Shown here piece by piece: positions 32,013-40,564 of a stretch of 48,643 bases of DNA (the first letter of the stretch is position 1; every line of letters begins with the position of its first letter). Below the pieces are notes generated by a model, which was not told the origin of the DNA, made no database searches, and saw only the letters and a program-made list of their open reading frames with translations. A program made the translations under genes and the position numbers. The stretch comes from an uncultured Acidimicrobiales bacterium (GTDB taxonomy: Bacteria; Actinomycetota; Acidimicrobiia; Acidimicrobiales; UBA10347), in contig CALSSD010000012.1 of NCBI GenBank assembly GCA_943788915.1, forward strand, positions 124,001 through 172,643, read 5' to 3'.

Positions 32013-33173
32013 TCAGGTGCCGAGAATCAACGACACAAACACCTCGTTGTGGTACATCGGCAGGCCCTCGCTTGAGTCGGGCGGGCCGATCTCGCCGTAG
32101 CCGTAGAACCCGGCGACTGGGAGGTCGCTTCCGAGCACCGTTGCGACGATGTCGAACTCCTCTTTGGTGCGGGTTCCCAGCAAGAGCCGCCTGCAGCAAC
32201 ACGAGAAGATCAACGCTGCCTCTGGTGACTTTCCGTGTGGGTAGTCGGCGAACGCTTTCTCGACCGATGTGCTGCACCCGTGGAGAATCGCGCCGCGATC
32301 GGCGGTCGTTATCTGCACACTGGCCCCCTCGCTGATCTCGGACATGAAGTTGATCGCCCCGGCAACGTCTGTTTCCTCCCAGCGAGGCGTTCGCAATGCC
32401 TCGACAGCGCCGTGCTCGTTGAGGATCGCCAGCGGAAACTCAGAAGTTGCAGCCCCATCGGGACCCAGGAACCGGCGGTAGAACTCCATCGCCGGCCGGC
32501 CGTCGATCTCGATTAACAAGGTGCTGTCCGAGCGAGTCACTACGCCAGGCTCTCCCAAGGGCTCCCAGCCGCTCGCCACTGCAGCGGAATACACCAGCGG
32601 CCCCGAGAGGACCAGCACCGGAATCGAATCCTGAAAGATCTCGCGGCCGCAGAACTGATATGTGTTGAGGAGCTCATACCCATCGCCCGATGTCGCCCCG
32701 AAGACCGGGACATCTCCTCCCAGCTTGTCGCTCAGCGCCTCAACGACGGCCTGGCCACTGCAGGTCAGACTCTCGGGTAGTGTCAGGCAGATCGCCGGAG
32801 CCTGCGTTGCATCCGCCAGCGCGGCGTTCACCGCCCGACTGCATGCACCCGCAACGTCCTCACTGAGGTTCTGCCCAATCCCGACGGTGAACTCAACTCG
32901 GTCCGAACCGAACAATACCAACACGACTGAATCTTGTCGGAACCCCAGCCGCGACGAAAGCTCCCCGTCGGTCGTGCACCCGATCAGCGCGAGGTCGGGC
33001 CAGGTGTCACACACACCCTCGAGCAGGAACCCACGGTCCATTTCATGGCCGGCAAACATCATTCCTGCCTGGGGCGGTCTATCACCAAGCTCAGCCTTGC
33101 ACTGCTCGATCAGATCCTCCAGCGCCCCATCGGCATCGATGTCCTCGCTGTGGCCAATCACCGCGAAAAACAT
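32013..33173 (-). CDS. Stand-alone FIST/FIST_C sensor protein
   Basis: IGCTTDGE, SGWEPLG, EIDGRPA, FSCCCR, GFYGYGEI; stop codon abuts the cyclase ATG. Confidence 0.9.
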   Translation of the reverse strand: MFFAVIGHSEDIDADGALEDLIEQCKAELGDRPPQAGMMFAGHEMDRGFLLEGVCDTWPDLALIGCTTDGELSSRLGFRQDSVVLVLFGSDRVEFTVGIGQNLSEDVAGACSRAVNAALADATQAPAICLTLPESLTCSGQAVVEALSDKLGGDVPVFGATSGDGYELLNTYQFCGREIFQDSIPVLVLSGPLVYSAAVASGWEPLGEPGVVTRSDSTLLIEIDGRPAMEFYRRFLGPDGAATSEFPLAILNEHGAVEALRTPRWEETDVAGAINFMSEISEGASVQITTADRGAILHGCSTSVEKAFADYPHGKSPEAALIFSCCCRRLLLGTRTKEEFDIVATVLGSDLPVAGFYGYGEIGPPDSSEGLPMYHNEVFVSLILGT

Positions 33174-33992
33174 GAGACCCCCCATAGGTATGTGCCGCCG
33201 AGACGGCATGCGCTGGGACCGTACTACACGTGACTACACGGGCGCTCGGTGGGCGAACACCCAGCGTTCTGCTCAGGCAAGAGATTGCAGCGAAACCGCT
33301 GGGCGTTTGCTGAGCATGCAGCGATCCGCGATTTACACTCTGTTCCGTTTCAGCCTCGTCCAGCAGGCGAGCGCGATGACTCCTCGCAAGGCCTGCGCGA
33401 CAAACTTCGGCACCGTCGATGCTATCGAGGCACTCGAGGTAGCAGGGGATGTGTTCAGCATTCGCACGGGTTGGATCAGAGCCATACAACTGCGGTTCGG
33501 GCCGCTCTGCCGAGTCGCCGAGGTTTGGACGTTCTTACTTGCCGGAATTGGTCATACAAACCACGTTGACAGAACGCAGCGTCTGTGGAGATCCCACATT
33601 CATGGGGGTTGTTGCCGTGGCTGTTCGTCGCTGCGGTTGCGCAACCGGCGACGAAACCCCCACCGGGCATTCATCCGTGCTTCGTCACGTTCAGCAGTGA
33701 GCAGCTTGAGCAGGTCTCGTTCGGCATCGGTGGTGGCAATCAACCGGTTGCGTTCATCAGAACGTGCTTCTGCGATATCGGCCCGAGCTGTTCGGGACAG
33801 TGACAACTGAGCACCACCAACGAGCTCGAGAGCGACCCATTTAGCGACCAGACCGGCGACCGTGGGCCAGCTTGAGAGTGCGAAAGTCCACTGCGCAACC
33901 TGCACAACCCCACTTGCCCGGCTCGAGCACCTGGCAGACAAGCGGTAACGTCCCGACCGTTTTAAGGCCAGGGCATCTCACCGCTGGCCCGA

Positions 33993-34091
33993 TTAAAATC
34001 GAACGCTGCCATCACCGAACGTGAACGAGCTGAAGTTGTAGTTGTTTGGAGTGACAATTGTGGTTGTGCGGTAGAAGTTGAAGTAGCTCAT
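33993..34091 (-). CDS. Small ORF B (32 aa), shared-leader micropeptide family
   Basis: MSYFNFYRTTTIVTPNNYNFSSFTFGDGSVRF*; AAGGAC RBS followed by CCAATG. Confidence 0.7.
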   Translation of the reverse strand: MSYFNFYRTTTIVTPNNYNFSSFTFGDGSVRF

Positions 34092-34181
34092 TGGTTTGTC
34101 CTTTTGGTTGGTTGGTGTGCATTCATCATGCAACGACCCAGCGCCGACGTTCTGTATCTCCCGACACAGTCCTGCTGTGAC
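34092..34181 (-). promoter_or_regulatory. Conserved micropeptide leader, copy B
   Basis: GTCAC-agcagg-ACTGT-gtcggga-GATACAGAAC ... CATGAT ... AAGGAcaaaCCAATG. Confidence 0.7.
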
Positions 34182-34301
34182 GCTGAACACCGGGCCGACA
34201 CCACCGCAATGGCCGGGAGCATTCCATGATCTCAAGCAGCCATCGCATTTATGAGCAACACTTGCCTCCTGCAACCGCTCACGTAGAAGAGGAATACTCA
34301 A

Positions 34302-34586
34302 ATGCCACGATTCATGATCGAACGGGACATCCCAGAAATCGGCACCGCAGACCGCGACGCGTTACGCGATGCTGCGGCCAGTTCCAACTCTGTGCTCAAC
34401 GCCATGCAGTCAGAGGGAAAGGCCATCCAGTGGGAACAGTCCTATGTGGTCCAAGACAAAACCTTTTGCGTGTATCTCGCCGAGTCAAGCGACATGATCG
34501 AGGAACACGCTGAGCGGAGCGGATTCCCCGCCAGCGTCGTCACTGAAATCGGCAAGGTCATCGACCCCGTGACGGCAGAAGGCTAG
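34302..34586 (+). CDS. DUF4242 domain protein
   Basis: MPRFMIERDIP, IQWEQSYV..DKTFCVYLA, EHAERSGFPA, IDPVTAE; GAGG RBS. Confidence 0.88.
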   Translation: MPRFMIERDIPEIGTADRDALRDAAASSNSVLNAMQSEGKAIQWEQSYVVQDKTFCVYLAESSDMIEEHAERSGFPASVVTEIGKVIDPVTAEG

Positions 34587-34806
34587 GAAACGATAGGCCA
34601 TAATCACTCTGGGGCAGTTGGCTTTACTGTCGTCGTTGACCGATAGACCACCACACTTAGACACGGAAATCCACAATGGCCGAACACAATTGTGCTTAGT
34701 TCCAAAGTTTCGAGCACCTGGCCGGGAGAGCGTCGCTCAGGCTGAAGCCACCGCCCGGCATCGACCAGCGGCTCGGGGTGTTGGTGAACTCAACCGCAAC
34801 GGCGGT

Positions 34807-34956
34807 GACCCAGACCCCAAGATTGAAGGTTCAAACTTGGTGGATCTGGGTCTTGACCCGTTCGGCGGCGGCAAGGGGCACAGGTCAAATGTCGAAGGTT
34901 CGACATTTGCGGTGTCCACTGTTTGGACGAGCTTGGTGCAAATTTGCACCCAGCTC
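34807..34956. repeat. Cluster of three palindromes
   Basis: 34807-34852 and 34886-34909 are both centred on GAAGGTTC; 34929-34956 is gagcttggtgcaaatttgcacccagctc. Confidence 0.75.
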
Positions 34957-34974
34957 TAAGCGTGATACCCGGCC

Positions 34975-35055
34975 TTACCGGTAGAAATTGCTTGGAGTGA
35001 CGATGTTGTTTGGAGTGACGATTGTCGTGGTGCTGTAGAAGTTGAAGTAGCGCAT
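34975..35055 (-). CDS. Small ORF C (26 aa), paralog of ORF B
   Basis: MRYFNFYSTTTIVTPNNIVTPSNFYR*; leader and first 17 codons nearly identical to ORF B, including synonymous changes. Confidence 0.7.
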   Translation of the reverse strand: MRYFNFYSTTTIVTPNNIVTPSNFYR

Positions 35056-35143
35056 TGGTTTGTCCTTTGGTTGGTTGGTGTGCATCCATCATGCGCCACC
35101 TTCGACCGACGTTCTGTCGCCGCTGACACAGTCTGCGTGTGAC
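35056..35143 (-). promoter_or_regulatory. Conserved micropeptide leader, copy C
   Basis: GTCAC-acgcag-ACTGT-gtcagcg-GCGACAGAAC ... CATGAT ... AAGGAcaaaCCAATG. Confidence 0.7.
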
Positions 35144-35280
35144 CTTGAACCTGCCGCCATGATCGGCTTGATACCAACAAATTGAGACTCAAAGTCACAA
35201 TTTACGCCGAATAACACAGCCGTAAACAGGCGTAAATGGGGGACAATACCCGACAACGAAGGGGAGCCAAGATCGTTGCT

Positions 35281-35340
35281 ATTCCACCAAGTTTGGCCTA
35301 TTCAGTGGTGTGGTGACGGTGAGTCGGCCTATAGGCGGGG
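35281..35340 (-). repeat. att site, distal copy (duplicated rnpB 3' end)
   Basis: Matches 47020-47079 at 59/60; 35288-35340 is identical to 47027-47079. Confidence 0.95.
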
Positions 35341-35402
35341 TAGAGGCTGACCAACATCGAGAACGCTGTAATTGCAACGATCTAAGCCACTCCCATGACG
35401 GT

Positions 35403-35460
35403 CGTCCAACGGGCGTCCAACATCAGCGCCCAAAAATGCCGGCACCGGCGGCCGTCCAAC
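35403..35460 (+). promoter_or_regulatory. Putative integrase arm-binding sites (CGTCCAAC x3)
   Basis: At 35403, 35414 and 35453; the same octamer occurs at 46932 and 46943. Confidence 0.7.
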
Positions 35461-35703
35461 AGTGCCGGGCACGACCCGACACGAGCATTTCCGTCGTTAA
35501 ACCCCGTATTAGTTCGTGGGGTCGGCGAACTCAGGGGCGGCAGGAGCCGCCGTTATCGTCTGAGTTTGAGCCGTCCGGGCACGTCGTATCCGACCAGGTG
35601 ACGCCGGGCGGGTTGGCGCGCCCTTGGCTTGTGGGTGTTGGTTACGGTTTGAGGTTGAGCGTCTGCTAACTTTCTGTTCGTTCGTTGGAGTGAGGGTTTG
35701 TTT

Positions 35704-36753
35704 ATGTTGGGTCGAGGGCTTTTTCGTCGTCTTGTTGTTTTGGTTGTGTTGACTTTGGTCACTGCTGTGGTCGTGCCGGGTGTGATGGCACCTTCTGCGT
35801 CAGCTAATGGCTGTGGCGGGTTCACTTTTGAGGTAGCCGACATCGACGAGCTATACGACGCCATTAGTTGCTACAACGGACAGTCACCTGAAGGTGATTA
35901 CACAATCACTCTCACAAGCGACATCGAAATCGATGGTGAGTACCTCGACATCGAAATCGACTCGGATACTGACTCGGGCGATCTAACTATTGATGGCGCT
36001 GGCTACAGCGATCTTCGGTGATGGCGATCGATGATTACCACCTCGATATTGAGAACGATGGTACGGGGACTGTCTACATTAAGAACATCACCTTCACCGG
36101 CGCCGACGACGACGCGATCGAATGGGACGGCGGAAATCTTGATGTTCGAGATTCCTTTTTATAGACAACCATTACGACATCTATGGCGGCCCAGACTCGG
36201 GAAATGGTGATCTAACACTCGTGAACGTCGTGTTCTCGATAGGCGAGACACCCAGGAAGGCGACTATCCAGTCAGCATTTTTTGGCGATGAACCGCTTCA
36301 AACGCTGACTGTGATTATCTGCAACTCCTCGTTCGACGTTAACGGTGATCCATCAATTGAGATTGATACGTCGACGGCGGCCTTGTTGATCTGTATCTGG
36401 CGAACAATGTCTTTAACTCTGACAATGATTTTGAGCTCGGTGATGGTGTCACCGTGATAGATGATGAGACGCCAGAGACTTGTCAAGCAGACGAACCAAC
36501 AGGGTCTGCTGCGGCGGTGCCGTATCCGGGGCCTTTCACCCAGATGCCTGAGCTTGCTGGCGCCCCGTATGGCTGGGGCACTTCACCAGTTGCTGCTGCC
36601 AGCCCTGAAACCCCGACTGCAGCGGCCGCTGCCGGCGACGGGGTTGCTGGTCTAGCTCACACCGGGACAACCACAACGACCCTGGCGTATCTTGCTGTAG
36701 GCCTGATTGGGTTTGGCGCCCTACTCGTTCCCGCTGGTCGACGCCGCAACTAA
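35704..36753 (+). CDS. Secreted acidic (beta-helix-like) surface protein with LAHTG-TM-RRR anchor; several frameshifts
   Basis: Signal peptide ending ASA, D/E/G-rich body (YTITLTSDI..LTIDGAG), C-terminal module nearly identical to that of the FG-GAP genes. Confidence 0.7.
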
Positions 36754-37002
36754 ATCATGTCCCGGGGCCCCCGGACATGCCGCTAACCCCGGCACCTAGA
36801 ACGAGCACATCGACGGTGGTTCGGGGTCTGTGAAACAGACCCCCCTAATTAGTTTCGGCATAGCCCCCTGGGTCTCACTTGACCTGGTGGTCGTTGTGTT
36901 CGGGGGGTGTCGGTGGTTCATTTTTTGCTGGTGTTGCTAGTTGTGCTGGTGTCAACTAGTGTTGGTCGCTCGGCGCATGGTGCCCCGTTGCTTTGGTTGC
37001 GT
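36754..37002 (+). repeat. Intergenic module, copy 1 (copies 2 and 3 at ~38491-38760 and ~40321-40564)
   Basis: catgtcc..ggacatg hairpin, ggcacctagaacgagc, ggggtc..cccc hairpin, G/T-rich leader containing TAGTGT. Confidence 0.85.
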
Positions 37003-38473
37003 ATGAAGGGTTTTTGTGTCTCGTTTTGTGGGTGTGTGGGGTCGTTTGGCGGCTTTGTGGGTGTTGTGTGCGATGTTGTCGGCGGTGTTGGTGGTGGCTG
37101 GGCCATCAGCTGATGCTCAGGCTGACTGGAGCCAGATCGGTGCCGATATCGACGGCGAAACCGCAGACGATTATGTCCGGCTGGTCGGTGGCGATGAATG
37201 CTGTTGGTGACACGGTCATCATCGGCGCACCTCCAACGACGGCAACGGCGATAATGCGGGTCAGGCTCGGGTGTTCACGTTGACTGACGGAGTGTGGGTG
37301 CAGGTCGGTGCCGATATCGACGGCGAAACCGCAACGATTATTCCGGCTGGTCGGTGGCGATGAATGCTGCTGGTGACACGGTCATCATCGGCGCCCCCTA
37401 CAACGACGGCAACGGCGATTATTCGGGTCAGGCTCGGGTGTTTACGTTGACTGACGGAGTGTGGGTGCAGGTCGGTGCCGATATCGACGGCGAAACCGCA
37501 GGCGATGAGTCCGGCTAGTCGGTGGCGATGAATGCTGTTGGTGACACGGTCATCATCGGCGCCCCCTACAACGACGGCAACGGCAATTATGCGGGTCAGG
37601 CTCGGGTGTTCACGTTGACTGACGGAGTGTGGGTGCAGGTCGGTGCCGATATCGACGGCGAAAACGCAGACGATGAGTCCGGCTATTCGGTGGCGATGAA
37701 TGCTGTTGGTGACACGGTCATCATCGGCGCCCCCTACAACGACGGCAACGGCGATTGTTCGGGTCATGCTCGGGTGTTTACGTTGACTGACGGTGCGTGG
37801 GTGCAGGTCGGTGCCGATATCGACGGCGAAACCGCAGACGATCTGTCCGGCTGGTCGGTGGCGATGAATGCTGTTGGTGACACGGTCATCATCGGCGCAC
37901 CCTTCAACGCTGGCAACGGCGATGTTCGGGTCATGCTCGGGTGTTCACGTTGACTGACGGAGTGTGGGTGCAGGTCGGTGCCGATATCGACGGCGAAACC
38001 GCAGACGATTGTCCGGCTGGTCGGTGGCGATGAATGCTGTTGGTGACACGGTCATCATCGGCGCCCGCCTCAACGACGGCAACGGCGATTATGCGGGTCA
38101 GGCTCGGGTGTTCACGTTGACTGACGGAGTGTGGGTGCAGGTCGGTGCCGATATCGACGGCGAAAACGCAGACGATCAGTCCGGCTGGTCGGTGGCGATG
38201 AATTCATCTGGTTACGCCGTGACCATCGGCGCACCTCAACGACGGCAACGGCAGATGGTTCGGGTCATGCCCGGGTGTTTAGGTCAGCGCCTGAACCCAC
38301 ACCGAATTCAGAGGCTGGGTTTGCTGCGGCGGTCCCGTATCCGGGGCCTTTCACCCAGATGCCCGAGCCTGCCGGCGCACCGTAGGTGGGGCACCTCAAT
38401 CCTGTGGCTGCCGAGCCCTGAAACCCCGACTGCTGAACCACCGGCCGCACCGGTACCAAGTTTCACTGGCTGA
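37003..38473 (+). CDS. 7-blade FG-GAP (integrin-alpha-like) beta-propeller surface protein 1, ending PSFTG*; frameshifts and a stop
   Basis: Signal peptide ending ADA; 7 x 168-nt units DIDGE..SGxSVAMN..GDTVIIGAP..G.ARVF. Confidence 0.82.
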
Positions 38474-38760
38474 ACCGACGCCGCAACTAAATCATGTTCC
38501 TGGACCCCCGGGCATGCCACTAATTCCGGCACCTAGAACGAGCGCGTAAACGGTGGTTCGGGGTCCTGTAAATAGGGCCCCCGAATTAGTTTCGGCCTGG
38601 CCCCCTGGGTTTCAGTATGTTGGTGGTTGTTGTGTTCGGGGTAGTGTCGGCGGTTCCGTATTTTTGGTGGTGTTCGCTGGATGGTGTGGGTGTTGGCTAG
38701 TGTTGACGGTTGGTGCGCGCATTGTGTCCCGTTGTTTTAGTTACCTAATTGTTGTTGCGA

Positions 38761-40320
38761 GTGAGGGTTTTTGTGTCTCGTTTTGTGGGTGTGTGGGGTC
38801 GTTTGGCGGCTTTGTTGGTGTTGTTGTCGGTGGTGTTGGTGGTGGCTGGGCCATCAGCTGATGCTCAGGCTGACTGGAGCCAGCTCGGTGTCGATATCGA
38901 CGGCGAAACCGCAGACGATTATTCCGGCTGGTCGGTGGCGATGAATGCTGTTGGTGACACGGTCATCATCGGCGCCCCCTTCAACGACGGCAACGGCGAT
39001 AATGCGGGTCAGGCTCGGGTGTTCACGTTGACTGACGGAGTGTGGGTGCAGGTCGGTGCCGATATCGACGGCGAAACCGCAGACGATCGGTCCGGCAGGT
39101 CGGTGGCGATGAATGCTGCTGGTGACACGGTCATCATCGGCGCCCCCTACAACGACGGCAACGGCGATTATGCGGGTCAGGCTCGGGTGTTCACGTTGAC
39201 TGACGGAGTGTGGGTGCAGGTCGGTGCCGATATCGACGGCGAAACCGCAGACGATCATTCCGGCTGGTCGGTGGCGATGAATGCTGCTGGTGACACGGTC
39301 ATCATCGGCGCCCCCTACAACGACGGCAACGGCAATAGATGCGGGTCAGGCTCGGGTGTTCACGTTGACTGACGGAGTGTGGGTGCAGGTCGGTGCCGAT
39401 ATCGACGGCGAAAACGCAGACGATTAGTCCGGCTTGTCGGTGGCGATGAATGCTGTTGGTGACACGGTCATCATCGGCGCACCCGACAACGACGGCAACG
39501 GCGATAATGCGGGTCAGGCTCGGGTGTTCACGTTGACTGACGGAGTGTGGGTGCAGGTCGGTGCCGATATCGACGGCGAAACCGCAAACGATCATGTCCG
39601 GCTGGTCGGTGGCGATGAATGCTGCTGGTGACACGGTCATCATCGGCGCCCCCTCAACGCGGCAACGGCAATAATTCGGGTCAGGCTCGGGTGTTCACGT
39701 TGACTGACGGAGTGTGGGTGCAGGTCGGTGCCGATATCGACGGCGAAACCGCAGACGATCAGTCCGGCTGGTCGGTGGCGATGAATGCTGTTGGTGACAC
39801 GGTCATCATCGGCGCCCCCTACAACGACGGCAACGGCGATATGTTCGGGTCAGGCTCGGGTGTTCACGTTGACTGACGGAGTGTGGGTGCAGGTCGGTGC
39901 CGATATCGACGGCGAAACCGCAGACGATCAGTCCGGCTGGTCGGTGGCGATGAATTCATCTGGTTACGCCGTGACCATCGGCGCACCCGGCAACGCTGAC
40001 AACGGCGTGGTTCGGGTCATGCCCGGGTGTTTAGGTCAGCGCCTGAACCCACACCGAATTCAGAGGCTGGGTTTGCTGCGGCGGTCCCGTATCCGGGGCC
40101 TTTCACCCAGATGCCCGAGCTTGCTGGCGCACCGTATGGCTGGGGCACTTCACCAGTTGCTGCTGCCGGCCCTGAAACCCCGACTGCAGCGGCCGCTGCC
40201 GGCGACGGGGTTGCTGGTCTAGCTCACACCGGGACAACCACAACGACCCTGGCGTATCTTGCTGTAGGCCTGATTGGGTTTGGCGCCCTACTCGTACCCG
40301 CTAGCCGACGCCGCAACTAA
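38761..40320 (+). CDS. 7-blade FG-GAP beta-propeller surface protein 2 with LAHTG anchor; frameshifts and a stop
   Basis: 7 units starting near 38893, 39061, 39229, 39398, 39566, 39733 and 39902; LAHTG-TM-RRRN tail. Confidence 0.85.
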
Positions 40321-40564
40321 ATCATGTCCCGGGGCCCCCGGACATGCCGCTAACCCCGGCACCTAGAACGAGCACATCGACGGTGGTTCGGGGTCCAGTA
40401 AATAGGGGCCCCTGAATAGTTTCGGCATGGCCCCCTGGGTTTCAGCGTGTTGGTGGTCGTTGTGTTCGGGGCGGTGTCGGTGGTTCATTTTTTGCTGGTG
40501 TTGCTGTGGTGTTGGTTAGTGTTGTCGGTCGGTCGGCGCATGGTGCCCCGTTGTTTTGTTGCGT

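Noticed and set aside
33333..33941. Intact genes or a riboswitch upstream of the FIST gene
   Set aside because: Only frameshifted fragments (coiled coil ending WGFRRRL); the local hairpins match no riboswitch consensus I recognise.
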